NCBI GenBank assembly: GCA_000004985.1
Contig: GG738859.1
Source: Naegleria gruberi
Taxonomy: Eukaryota
Reading direction: 5' to 3' (one strand)
DNA: 64,000 nucleotides
Below are positions 51,504 through 63,018 of this stretch, one piece after another. The translations under genes and the position numbers were made by a program. Position 1 is the first letter of the stretch, and each line of letters begins with the position of its first letter. The notes under the pieces were generated by a model. The model searched no databases, was not told where the DNA came from, and worked only from the letters and a program-made list of their open reading frames with translations.

Positions 51504-53924
51504 TTATTCGTCATCGTCTGAATCTTCTTCGCTGTCTTCTTCGCCTTCCTCAATGTCTTGTTCAAAATCATGTTTTCTCTTCTTGTTGGATTTAATACTT
51601 CCTGATTCTTCGTCATCGTCGTCTTCGTCCTTATTCTTTCTCTTCTTTCCTAGAGCATCCCTAATACCTGCTTCTTCATCATCGAGATCTTCATCAGAAT
51701 CATCTTCCATGTCAAGATCAGTTCCTAAGGCATCAATAAGTCCACCCATTTCATCATCCTCATCATCTTGCTCTTCTTCAGAATCAGATCCCATAATTTC
51801 CTCCTCATCAGAATCATCTTTAATTTCTTCTTCTTCATCTTCATCGACGAGGTCAACCATTTCGTCATCCTTTTCGTCTTCTTCGTCTGCTTCTTCATCA
51901 GCCTTGAATTCATCATCGTCTTCATCTGCTTGGAATGCATTGAGTAAACCAGCATCGATATCACCATCCACTTTCATGTTACCTTCTTCTGGAGGTACTT
52001 CCTCTTCATCATCTGATAAATAAACCTTCTTCTTGCTTGGCTTTTCCTGCACTTCAAGCACTTCAACAACATCAATTTTGGATTTCTTTGAACTTTTCTT
52101 GCTTGGCTTTTCTGTTGTTGCTGTTGCTGTTGCTGTTGTTTCAGCAATTGATTCCTCCTTTACATCAAAGCCAAAGTTTTGCTTAAGTTTTGGTAAACTC
52201 AGATAGAAATTGACTTCATTAAATGGATTGAAGTCTGGCTTCTTATTTTCGTCTTCCTTAGCTAAACTGACAAGTTCAGCACCACCTCTTGACATTCTCG
52301 AAATCATCTTTCTTGCAAAAGAACTTTGAGTATCTGGACTTACACCCATCGAATTGAAACACATTAATATCTTTTCTGTTGTCATTTTAGTGTCTTTTTG
52401 TATAGCAGCAACGAGTTCTTTCCTCATATAGAAATTACACATGAGTAAGGCAGATGCAAGAAGGTGACAAGCAATACGAACTTGTACAGTTTTACAAATA
52501 AATTTGTCAACATTCAAATGTCTCAATTCTCTTGGTCTAGTCTTTTCATCAGTAACAGCAAAACGAAGAAGTAAATCTTGAAGACATTTTGAAGATTTTG
52601 GAAGGAAGAGATATGGGTGTTTCTTCATTGCTTCAACTGGAGCATTTGGGAAAATAGCTTCAACACTTTCAATACCAGTATCCTTCTTTTCTTTCTTTTT
52701 TTCTTCCTTTTCTTCCTTTTCCTTCTTTCCAGCTTTCTTAGTTTGTTTACGATCAAGAATTCCATTTACATAACAAGTTCTAATAATATTTTGAGCATGA
52801 TCCTTGAATCTTTTAGCTTGTGAAATTTGGAAAAGACCCAACATGACCATATAATAATGAGCAATAGCTGGAATGTCACCAGCAACAGTTTGTAAGAATG
52901 TTGAGAAATCCTTTTGATTATCCGTTTCCTCTTGATCAGAATCTTGTTCGTCATCACTAGTAATGAACTTTTTCTTTTTCTTTCTCTGTTCTTTAGAGAC
53001 AGCATTCCAATTCCTATTATCAATTATTGAACCAAAATAGGTTTGTAAGAATTGTGGAAGGTGGGTGAAATCTGATGTTGATTTAATATTCACATTAACA
53101 TCTTCACTCAAAGCACCTGTTTCTTCAGTGGCATCTTCAAGAACTGCCCAAACTTTTTGAAGTGACTTGTTTCTATTGTGTTTTTCCTCAAATTGTTCAA
53201 TGAGTTGTTTCTCTGAAAATAATAAATCCCTCTTTAAATCAAGAACTTCATGTAAATGAGTTGTATGAATATTGAAACTTGGCATGTACTGTTGCATAGT
53301 AGACAAGGCAGAAGCTCTTGTTGTTTTTCCGACCAATGTTTGCAATTCTTGTAATTGAGCCTTTCTCAAATCAGTTGCTGAAGTAGTAGCTCTCTTTTCT
53401 TGAATTTTAGTGTATTTCTTAGAGTTGAAAAGTGTGAGACCATCGTTTTTAACAATGGCACCACCAAGTACTCTCTTTTCAAAGAATTGTTTGTATGTGA
53501 TACCTGGTTGGACAGAATCAATTCCTCCTTGTTCAATTTCCCTCTTTAAAGTTTCCTTTCTTTCAATATTTTGTTTAGAGTCCTCGTTAATAACATAAAA
53601 TTCAGGTACATCAATAATTGTTGGCTTGCTTTTACCTTGTTTTACTACAGCCAATAAATATTTAGACCCTTGATTTGTGTTATTTGATGAAAATTGCATT
53701 GTTTTAGATTCTCCGTATAAGAAAGACTTGGATTCTTCATCTCGCACTAATGTAAAGTGTACATTAGAAATATTAGGAGGTGCAGAGATTGAATTTGAAA
53801 ATTGAACAACACATGGTGTTGTCAAGGATGTTTTTTTGCTCTTTTTAGAGGAGCTTCTTGTCTTCTTTTCATCCTCTGAAGATGATGAAGATGACTCCAC
53901 TGGCTTGTTTTTGTGTTTACCCAT
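51504..53924 (-). CDS. RNA polymerase I subunit RPA49/PAF53-like protein with a ~230-aa acidic C-terminal tail.
   Basis: The N-terminal region (VHFTLVRDEESKSFLYGESKTMQFSS...KYLLAVVKQGKSKPTIIDVPEFYV) and the block AHYYMVMLGLFQ parallel yeast A49 (HGENERLEYEGY...QYVVGLFNPEKKSIQLYKAPV...LYYLSLLLGVY). This is a from-memory comparison. The last ~230 aa are D/E-rich and acidic with KKRK patches. Confidence 0.45.
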   Translation of the reverse strand: MGKHKNKPVESSSSSSEDEKKTRSSSKKSKKTSLTTPCVVQFSNSISAPPNISNVHFTLVRDEESKSFLYGESKTMQFSSNNTNQGSKYLLAVVKQGKSKPTIIDVPEFYVINEDSKQNIERKETLKREIEQGGIDSVQPGITYKQFFEKRVLGGAIVKNDGLTLFNSKKYTKIQEKRATTSATDLRKAQLQELQTLVGKTTRASALSTMQQYMPSFNIHTTHLHEVLDLKRDLLFSEKQLIEQFEEKHNRNKSLQKVWAVLEDATEETGALSEDVNVNIKSTSDFTHLPQFLQTYFGSIIDNRNWNAVSKEQRKKKKKFITSDDEQDSDQEETDNQKDFSTFLQTVAGDIPAIAHYYMVMLGLFQISQAKRFKDHAQNIIRTCYVNGILDRKQTKKAGKKEKEEKEEKKKEKKDTGIESVEAIFPNAPVEAMKKHPYLFLPKSSKCLQDLLLRFAVTDEKTRPRELRHLNVDKFICKTVQVRIACHLLASALLMCNFYMRKELVAAIQKDTKMTTEKILMCFNSMGVSPDTQSSFARKMISRMSRGGAELVSLAKEDENKKPDFNPFNEVNFYLSLPKLKQNFGFDVKEESIAETTATATATTEKPSKKSSKKSKIDVVEVLEVQEKPSKKKVYLSDDEEEVPPEEGNMKVDGDIDAGLLNAFQADEDDDEFKADEEADEEDEKDDEMVDLVDEDEEEEIKDDSDEEEIMGSDSEEEQDDEDDEMGGLIDALGTDLDMEDDSDEDLDDEEAGIRDALGKKRKNKDEDDDDEESGSIKSNKKRKHDFEQDIEEGEEDSEEDSDDDE

Positions 53925-54095
53925 TTTTTTTCAAATTCAAAAAATTATTATTCAAATTATTTTTGAATGTGAAAGCGTTTCTCTTATGTTTGGGTGTTTG
54001 CCAGTGTGGTAACAGTCACACAGATCGGATTTAAGAAAACAAGTTTGTTTATTTTGTTATTATCTTGAATATGTACAATGTGAAGGGAAACATGA

Positions 54096-55211
54096 TTATA
54101 TAATGTTCAGTGTTTCCAAATCCTTTTGAAGCAAGATATTCTTCACATCATTAAAGACCATCTTGATATTATTGGTGTTGGTGGCTGTTGTTACATGGCT
54201 ATAGAGTTGAGTATTCTTAGAGTTAAGTGATTTGAATTTGTTAATGATGAAATCTCGAGCTGATTCATATTGATGTCCTCCATGGTAATCACTAAAGGCC
54301 ACTCTCAGATCTGCATTCTTAATCTTTTCTCTGAACAGATCATCCTTGTTGAATAAGACAATAATTGGAATGGACTTGAAACAATCAAGCTCACAAATTT
54401 CTCTAAAAAGAAGTAAGCTTTCGTGTATTCTATTGGTAGTCTTATCTTCCTCTAAATTCATATCAAAATCATTAAGTGAGCAAATAAACACGACAGCTGT
54501 AGTATCCACAAAGGCATGAATCCACTTTCTTCTCTCCGTCCTTTGACCACCAACATCTGTGAATTTCCATCTGTATCCATCGGCATCAAATTCAACCTCA
54601 GTAATACCTAGGGTGGTTAATCTGGCTTTGATGATGTCTTCCTGGGTGGCTACATAATCTGGTTTGCATATTCTTTCACAATGATCCAGGAAACTGTTGA
54701 ATTACCAATGATGAAAATTAATTAATATATATTAATTAGAACAATCATTTCTTAAATAACATCTTCAAATAACTTACTATTCAATAGTGTCATTGATGGT
54801 AAATTCAGATCTTTTGGCCAAACACTGTTTCATGCCTGGATCTTTCCACAGTTTTGCAATCTTTCCAGCAATATCCTCTCCATAATTCTCGGTTTTTGTT
54901 GTTAGGATTTTTTGAATTTCAATAACAGGCTCCTTAGCAATAGACATTATCATTGAGGCTGTATCTTCATTCTCCTTCATCAACTCAATTCCTAGATCGT
55001 GCATTGCTTTGAGTATTGCCGAACATCCCTCAATCAAATTCTCTCTCACCACATTCGACATGGAAATCTTTTCCTTCTCTGTGAAGGGCTTATTATTAAT
55101 AATTCTCAATTGTTTAAAGAGTGTACTCTTTCCACTTTGAGCCGTACCTAGCAAAATGAGCTTTAACACTCTCTTTGGTTCATCTTCACCTCCACAGTCA
55201 AAGCAGCCCAT
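54096..55211 (-). CDS. Heterotrimeric G-protein alpha subunit. Two exons: complement(join(54096..54693,54778..55211)), with an 84-nt intron.
   Basis: MGCFDCGG... has an N-terminal Gly and Cys for lipidation. The P-loop variant is LLGTAQSGKSTLFKQ. After donor TA|GTAAGT and acceptor AACAG|T, the protein continues TIE-Y-FLDHCERICKPDYVATQEDIIKARLTTLGITE...FTDVGGQRTERRKWIHAFVDTTAVVFICSL (DVGGQR), ...LFNKDDLF (NKxD), ...TTATNT. The ORF track shows only two fragments of this gene. Confidence 0.8.
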
Positions 55212-55670
55212 TTTTTTCTTAATAATTTAATCCTTAAGGATTTTACTTCTTAACGGTCAAAAGAAAAAGACTTGATGAATCGTTCCTTCTTTCCAATGCA
55301 TGAATATATAAAGCAGTGAATTAAAAATGGAACAAAAAATTCAAAATTCCTTAACATTGTTTTTCAATTCAATTGAAGTAATTGACCATGAATGGGTAGT
55401 TTTTTAGTTCTACGGAGTTTCAAACTCCAGCAATCTATCATAATTTTATTAGAAAAAGAACAAGCAATTCTCTTTATGATTTCTAATTTAAAAAAATGAG
55501 AAAACGTTGCTGAGCAACACATAATCATCAATTATTACATTCATTAAAACAATTATTGATCAGTAAAGAGAATTTAAAATCGGATACTATTTACTATTCA
55601 TTTATACATCATCAGCATCATTTAGAAAAATATATATCTTGTTGTTGTTATTACATAAGACAAGGTGAGA

Positions 55671-58600
55671 ATGAGATTACCAATTCCTCAAAATGTAATG
55701 CCGAATAATATGGCAAATAATCATCATCATCCTCCTCATCATCATCAAAATAATAATTACCCTAAACATCATTATCATGCCCATTCACGATTTAATGTTA
55801 ATACTCAACAAAAGCATTTACCACTTTTCAGAAGGGATTTTATTATAGTGGCTGAGTTTTGTGAACAGAAGGGTCCGACACCTCTTCTCGTCTTGCCAAA
55901 TGATCGAGCCTTGGAACGTTTCAATGTTCAAAAGTTTGTAACAAGAGTATTGGCTGGTGATCACACAAGGAAACACGACAAGTTGGGAGATAATTGTACT
56001 TGGATTTGTCCAGAGGATACTCAAGTCTACTTGACAGATTCTGCTCAAGGAGCTTTTGCCTATGTATGTTTCAAAATCAATTCATTATTGGAAATTAATT
56101 TTTACTATCTTTCTCTGTTAACTTTACTGTTTATTTATCTTGTTTGATTATCAATCATCTACACAACAACAGGTACATCACATTACACTTCATGATATCA
56201 ATGCAAGAGGATATGTTAGACCAATGGTCATGTGCTATGTGACCAATGATAAGGATAAAATAATGCACCATTTTGAATACTTGCTAAATACCTTTACACA
56301 AGTTTCACAAACACTCAAGTATGGAAACAATTGTAAATTCTTGAGCGATACTCAACATCAATTATATGGAATTCAGAAAATAGAAATGAAATTACATCCC
56401 AACAGTGGAAATGAACTGTCTTCACCAAGTATTAGTTCCTCACAGGAATTATCAAATGAAGAAAAAATTGAAAAACGTTGGAGAGAAATGTCAGAAGGTT
56501 TATTCTCTCCCAACAATGAGAATGCACTTTCAAAGGATACTTTCGAATTGGTAATGAAAGAATTGAAGGATTTGAGACGAAGATTCATGATACACATGAA
56601 CAAGTCCTCATCCATACTGAAACCAAAAAAGAAGACTCAAAAAAACAAAAAGAATTCCAAATCAGGTCCATTACAAAATCATACATATTTATTTGAAGAA
56701 TCGAGGTCAAGATCTGCGAGTAATAGCTCACAATCTACCTATGGAGCTGGGTCCACAGAGGAAGATAATTCCGATCAGGAAGTTTCTTCGCTAGGAGATC
56801 CTAGTAGTGGTGACTACAAAGTAGTTCAAATTGTACATAATAGCAGCAGTGGAAACAAATTGGAGGAAAATGATTTCAATGAAGAATTGGATGAAGAGTC
56901 TACCGAACTCATCCTCAATAAGATTGCTGATGAGGAAACTCTTGATACGGGGTTAATCGATCATATTTACATGTCGTTTAGTGCTGGAACTTCCTCAGTT
57001 TCATCTCTACATTTACATCCAACATTTGCAGTTAATCCTAAGGCAAATCTGAATGCTGTACCATATAAGAGTTCGCATTTTGTTGGAGGGTTTAGTGGTG
57101 CTAGTGTTGGTGCTCCAACAACAGCCTTCTTGTCCTCTCCTCATCAAGGTTCACATATTCAAAACACATCTCATATGGTGAATGTACTGAATGATATTAG
57201 TGATTCTCCATATTTGAACAGCATTTCCAGTCCAACATTCAATGCAATGAATTCTCTCAAGGTTCAAAATCCTGACTTTGTGGAATTGTATGAGACTGGT
57301 CTTTCTGTGTCCTCTCATAATTTGAAACAATTCATGCCAACCATTTTAAGATGTATCCACAGAAATACTAATTTTGAAACCACCCTGAGAACGTTAGCTC
57401 AAATTGCTGGACAGAAATTTTATGAAACATCGGTTGATTTGATGTTGAATATTATCGAACATTTCTATAGAGATTGTGATGTTATTGATATGGAAAATGC
57501 CGACTTGGATATTATCAATTCGAATGACCTTAACTCAATGCTCTTCATTGGAAGAAACTTTTTATTGGACTTTAATATTGAAAATGGTTATCATTACCCA
57601 CCAACGTTAAGCAATACCACATTTACAAAGAGCTTCCAATACCAATCAGCTCTGAATACTAGTGCTAGCATCAACTCTTCCAATGATGAAGTTTCATGGT
57701 TAGACAATGAAAATACATACAATGATGCTGAAGATGAGGCACTATCAACCATCTCTCATGATGAGCAAGACAATCCACTATTTGGAAGCTTCCCTTCCTC
57801 CTCTCCTGTGATGGCAAACAACTCTATCGAACAAAGCAACTCTCTTTCAACCAACAACAGTGACCGCTTTCAACTGTACAGAAATGGATTCAAGGGCACT
57901 GGTTCCTATGTCAATAGTCTATTCCAAGAATATGACAAGTATGATGAATTATTCCACGAATTGAAAAAGAGAAAACATAATTCCTCCAATTATACTGCAT
58001 CAAATAATAACCAAAATCAATCCCTTCTAACCTCTCTCCTGTTTGAATATAATTATGGTGAGCATAGTTACGGAAAAGGAATATTAAGGTTTTTCAGAGA
58101 ATTTTCATTCACAAAAGATATTGCCTACTCCATCATGATTGGTCGACCTATAGTAATATATGCAGATTCTAATCAAGAACAGTAAGTATTAGATCACCAC
58201 TCTTTTCAAAAATTAATTAATACTTTTATCCAATACAGAATTGTAAGAAGTATTGTCAACTCCCTAGCTTTATTCATACCAGGGTTTATCAATGGAACAT
58301 TTGAAAATACAAAGAATGACTACTTTTCTGTTTGTTATTGGAAGACCACTCCAATCAATGTAAGTTTTTTCAGCAACATTCAATATCAACTCTGAAAAGA
58401 TTCTTGATTTTTCCACAAACAAGATTATTGGGCTGAGTAAGAAAGTTCATTTCCCTACAACATTCGAATCTTGGGTGAGCATTTTGGATTTGGAAAATGA
58501 ACTCTATACTGGACCAAGCTATTATGGAAGATATTTGGATATTATCTTTGATGAGTCAAAGGAGTGGTTTACTGAGGATGCATTCTTGGCCTTTACGCAT

Positions 58601-59083
58601 GCCATCTTTTTAGAAATGGGCATGAAGGCATCACTCTACAATCAATTGTATTCCATTGCAAAAACTAGAGGGCACTTTTACAAGAAATCCCTCCACAAAA
58701 TCTCAACCACTGATCAAGCACCAAAAGATGGAGGAAGATCATCTCTATTTGGACCAATGTTCCCATCCCTACCACCACAAATGATTCACAAACATAATTC
58801 TCAATCCTCAAAGAAATCCAAACAAAAGAAAGCCTCTCAGCATTCACACAGCTACCCTATTGGTTCAGGTGCTCTGGAATCCATGAAAGATTGCAGTAAG
58901 ACCATCCAAAGACAATTAGGACTCAAATCTTGTGACTCTAAAATAGTTGATTATTTGGTAGATTTGATTCACATTCAGGAATCTATGGAATTAATGTTAA
59001 ATCCAGTCCTTCAAAACTCCATTCGTGTTGACACTGAAGTTTCTCTCAAGCATACCAATAAAAGAAGAAAACAAACCAAGTGA
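55671..59083 (+). CDS. Folliculin (FLCN) homolog. Four exons: join(55671..56063,56173..58181,58239..58359,58424..59083).
   Basis: The N-terminal longin-like region matches human FLCN: FRRDFIIVAEFCEQKGPTPLLVLP (cf IVALCHFCELHGPRTLF), and GAFAY|VHHITLHDINARGYVRPMVMCYVTNDKDK (cf [31 protein letters not shown]). GTATGT or GTAAGT donors lie at 56064, 58182 and 58360; acceptors at 56172, 58238 and 58423. All junctions are in frame and they link the three ORF-track pieces plus a 121-nt exon that has no ORF-track entry. The C-terminal DENN-like segment is ...IVRSIVNSLALFIPGF...IIGLSKKVHFPTT...DAFLAFTHAIFLEMGMKASLYNQ. The ATG at 55671 is the first in-frame ATG; the track starts on GTG at 55665. Confidence 0.7.
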
Positions 59084-60104
59084 GATGGACAATCCACTGT
59101 GGTATTCCTGATAATCGAAAAAGTGACTTATTTTATCAAATTTTCAATTGTTTCAATGATTTAAATTCAATCACAAGATAGATGACAATGAAATGAAACG
59201 GAATTGTTGTACAGTTAATTGAAGATGATCCACTTATCATGTGGTTGTAATAATTTACTTTCATTGTGTTCGCTTCACACTTTGGATCATTTATAGAATG
59301 AGAGTAATTAATTGGAATTTCATTTATTCGAAACCATGAATCCCAACTCTCACGATATTTTTATTCGAATTATCCATCAACAGACATTCAAACACTTTTC
59401 GTGATGAAAAAACTGTAAATGTACTTTTCAATGCTTGTTCCATCATCAATACATTTCAAGTTGGTTCTCAGTGAGAGATATTTCTCTTACCATTCATCTT
59501 ATTGAAAAACAAAGCTCTTTGGAAGTGCTCTAACCCTAAACTAAAAGAAAGATCATTTCGTTTACTTTCGTCTTCAGTTTCTGATTTTGACAACAATCTT
59601 GCATAAGATAATCCCACAAGTCAACCAAATCTCAATTATTGCAACTCATTCCAATGATGTGAATCACTTGCCGAGTATTTCACGCTGCAAGCCAAATAAA
59701 ATTCATGCCTTCTTTTTTAATGGTTGTTCGTCAAAATGATGTATGGAGACGTCAGTTGTCTATCAATAAAAAACAACGTAAAAAAAAACACTTTTCATCC
59801 TCTCGCACACTCACTTCATCCAAAACTTCATCAACGAAGCGAAAAGGACAAACTTGAAAACACAACACACTGATTAAAACATTGAAGTGTGTTCCATTGT
59901 TCATTAAAGGCGTTTTCCTCTCTAAAACATTGAAAAAAAAAAGCGGCGCGCTTTATTTACCGTAAATTTTAAAACATAGATAACACACAACGCAGGAAGT
60001 TGCTTTTGTTTTCTCTCTCACTCTCTAGGAATAAGAAGATAACACACATATAATATTTGTAGATTACAAATTACATACAACAATTGATTTAATATAGAAG
60101 AAAA

Positions 60105-61357
60105 ATGGGTATTTGCGCAACTAAACAACCAGGATCAGTCCAAGCACTGAATGAAATTGAAAAGGGAAGACAACAACAAGAAAGAGAAATTAAAGTCTTG
60201 CTTTTGGGAGCAGGTGAATCTGGTAAGAGTAAGTAATCATAACGATAATTGATGGTGGTTGACCATATACAACAATAACAATTTTAATAACTACAAACTA
60301 CTAATGATTGTTTGTTGAATGAACATGTTTAATAATGGTAATGATGATCATATGAAAACCTTTTATCTTTGTTTCTTCAACTTTAACTGATTATAAATTT
60401 ATATATTGATGATTTATAATAGGTACCATTTTCAAGCAAATGAAGATTATCCATCAAAATGGTTACTCTGAAGAAGAAAGAGAATCATACAAGGAAATTA
60501 TCTACGGTAACATATTAAAAGCCATGAAGAATCTGGTCCAAGCGACCTTCTCTTTTAACATTCCTATTGAACAGGAAGAAAACAGAGAACGTGCTGGTAA
60601 GATCAATGAACTCGAACAAGAAGCTCTGCTACACGTACATAAATATTGGACAGCTGAAATTGCTGACGATATTCAATGTTTGTGGTCAGATCCTGGTATT
60701 CAAAAAGTTTTTGAGAAACGTAACGAATTCCAATTGGACGATTCTGCTCCATACTATTTCACTCACCTTGATAGAATTAAACAAGCTGACTATAAGCCAA
60801 CTTTAGAAGACGTTGTCAGATCAAGAGTCAAGACAACTGGTATTGTAGAAATGAGCTTTAAATTAGATGATAGATCTGTAACCTTGATCGACGTTGGTGG
60901 CCAAAGAAACGAACGTAAAAAGTGGATTCACTGCTTTGAAGGTGTCACTGCTATTATCTTTGTTACATCACTGAGTGAGTATGATCAAAGATGTTATGAA
61001 GATGATTCCACCAACCGTATGCATGAATCCTTGCTATTGTTCGACGAAATTTGTAACTCTAGATGGTTCATGGATACATCCATTATCTTGTTCTTGAACA
61101 AGATGGATTTGTTCAAGGAAAAGATCAAGAGAACTGATCTCAGTCAATTCTTCCAAGAATATGAAGGTGGTAGAAACTTTGAAACTGCTGCCAGCTTTAT
61201 TCGTTCTAAATTCGAAGAAAAGAACAGAAATCCAAGACACAAGACCATCTATGCTCACTTTACATGTGCCACAGATACACAACAATTACAACAGGTCTTT
61301 GATGCCATCAAGGATATCATTCTTAACAAGACTTTAAGAGAACAAGGTCTTTTCTAA
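60105..61357 (+). CDS. Canonical heterotrimeric G-protein alpha subunit. Two exons: join(60105..60228,60423..61357), with a 194-nt intron.
   Basis: Exon 1 encodes MGICATKQ...EIKVLLLGAGESGKS. After donor A|GTAAGT and acceptor AATAG|GT it continues -TIFKQMKIIHQNGY. All G boxes are present: RSRVKTTGIVE, LIDVGGQRNERKKWIHCFEGVTAIIFV, LFLNKMDLFKEKI, TCATDTQ. Confidence 0.85.
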
Positions 61358-61575
61358 ATGTCCTCCCACATTGTCATATTACTCTATTATCAACCCAAAA
61401 GAACTTTTCCAATTCTCTTTCCCCACAAACAATCACACATAAAACATCGAATGAAAATAAGTGTTCAATTTTGTAAATAACATAATACTTCAATTCCAAT
61501 TAAATAAAAACACATTAAAAACATTATGAAACAAACGAGTGAGCGAACAAACTCAAATAATGAAAGAACTAAAAA

Positions 61576-62661
61576 ATGGGTGCAAAACAAAGCAGGAATA
61601 GTGCAAAGAAAGTAGACGAAAGCTCATCCACAATACAAGAGAAGAAAATACAAGAAAGAACCGTTATGCTTTTCTCAAAATGCGGAGCAAGTACATTCAG
61701 CAGACAACTCACGAATGATAAATTACATGATAAAAATCAAATTGACTATTGTTGTCATGCTCTGTTATCACGAATGGAAAATTTTGATGAATTTTATTCT
61801 ATGGATGAAGAATTTGCAAGATTAAAGAATTTCAATCAATTTAATAGAATTCCAAGACCTAGGGAAATGCTTACAAGAATTTGGAAACATGACGAAATGA
61901 GACGAATCTTAATGGAAAAGTATCACAATGTTTGGAGATTTGAAAATTTATCTTTATTTATGGAACACTTATTGAATGGAAATTTTGATAATCAATTGGA
62001 AAATCCTTTTACATATGCTTCAACAAAAACAACAGGTGTTATAATTAGTGATTTCATTCATAGTGATCCAATTATTGGTCAACCCATTAAATACAATCTA
62101 GCAGAAATTGGAGGATCTAGAAGTGAATGGAAGAAAGCATTTATCTGTTTTGAAAATGTTTATTTTATATTCTTCTTTTGTGGACTTTCGGATTTTCATG
62201 ATAATCCTAACTATGATTTCGAACATGAATTTGTAAAATTCAATTATGTTTTTACCTGCAATAAGTTTCATGAGATTAATCCAAATTGTAGAATAATATT
62301 CTTATTTACAAAACCAGACATCTTACAATCAAAGCTTAAAAGGGGCAGTATTTATGACATTAAGAAGAATTATGAAATAAGGGAAGAATTGAAACAAATA
62401 TCAAATGAAAATGAAAGAAATGTCATCAATTCCATAGTATGTGATTTTTTTGCAGAGCACGAGACGGAGTATCACATTGTAAATTTACTAAATAAGGAGG
62501 AGGTTAATCAGGTGAGAGATTTGATTTTGAGTGGAGTGAAATCAAGGTTTCCATTCATTTCTAAATGTTTGAGAGATGAAGGAAAATGGAGGCAAGTTCT
62601 TTTCAGAATATTGAAAGATTCTAAACTTGGTGATATTTCAATAATTGCCAGAGGTGAATAA
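61576..62661 (+). CDS. Divergent G-alpha-like protein, a probable pseudo-GTPase paralogue, lying 219 bp downstream of the canonical G-alpha.
   Basis: MGAKQS is an N-myristoylation-type start. The protein is colinear with G-alpha but has degenerate nucleotide-binding motifs: P-loop LFSKCGASTFSRQ (vs GAGESGKST), switch I ASTKTTGV (the Arg is lost), switch II LAEIGGSRSEWKKAFICFENVYFIFFFCGLSDFHDN (DVGGQR becomes EIGGSR), NKxD becomes FLFTKPDIL, and TCAT becomes IVCDFF. The helical-domain and C-terminal regions keep the G-alpha length. Confidence 0.6.
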   Translation: MGAKQSRNSAKKVDESSSTIQEKKIQERTVMLFSKCGASTFSRQLTNDKLHDKNQIDYCCHALLSRMENFDEFYSMDEEFARLKNFNQFNRIPRPREMLTRIWKHDEMRRILMEKYHNVWRFENLSLFMEHLLNGNFDNQLENPFTYASTKTTGVIISDFIHSDPIIGQPIKYNLAEIGGSRSEWKKAFICFENVYFIFFFCGLSDFHDNPNYDFEHEFVKFNYVFTCNKFHEINPNCRIIFLFTKPDILQSKLKRGSIYDIKKNYEIREELKQISNENERNVINSIVCDFFAEHETEYHIVNLLNKEEVNQVRDLILSGVKSRFPFISKCLRDEGKWRQVLFRILKDSKLGDISIIARGE

Positions 62662-62719
62662 ATGTATTTAATTGTATTATTTTGAAATATATAGACAGTA
62701 CTAATAATATGAAGGAGAA

Positions 62720-62792
62720 GCCGACATAGCTCAGTTGGGAGAGCGTAAGACTGAAGATCTTAAGGTCCCTGGTTCGATCCCTGGTGTCGGCA
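62720..62792 (+). tRNA. tRNA-Phe, anticodon GAA, 73 nt. This is the second copy and is identical to the tRNA at 40044..40116.
   Basis: The same 73-nt sequence GCCGACATAGCTCAGTTGGGAGAGCGTAAGACTGAAGATCTTAAGGTCCCTGGTTCGATCCCTGGTGTCGGCA. The 3' flank is similar to copy 1 (CAAATTTTAGATTTTAG vs CAAATTTTGATTTTG). Confidence 0.9.
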
Positions 62793-63018
62793 AATTTTAG
62801 ATTTTAGTGTCTTCCCTTAACTGCACAATAGCCATTTTCATAACGATGCAATCTCAAAATAAATTCATGTTAAAAAAATGTTAGAAAAAAATTAATTCTT
62901 TCATTTTTGGTAGTTTACCATTTTGGTTAATTTATCTTCAATATTTGCTATTATCCTTTTTTGTTTTTTTTACTTTTTGGCTACCTTTTCCAAGTTATCT
63001 TTAAAAAAAACAAGCAAA

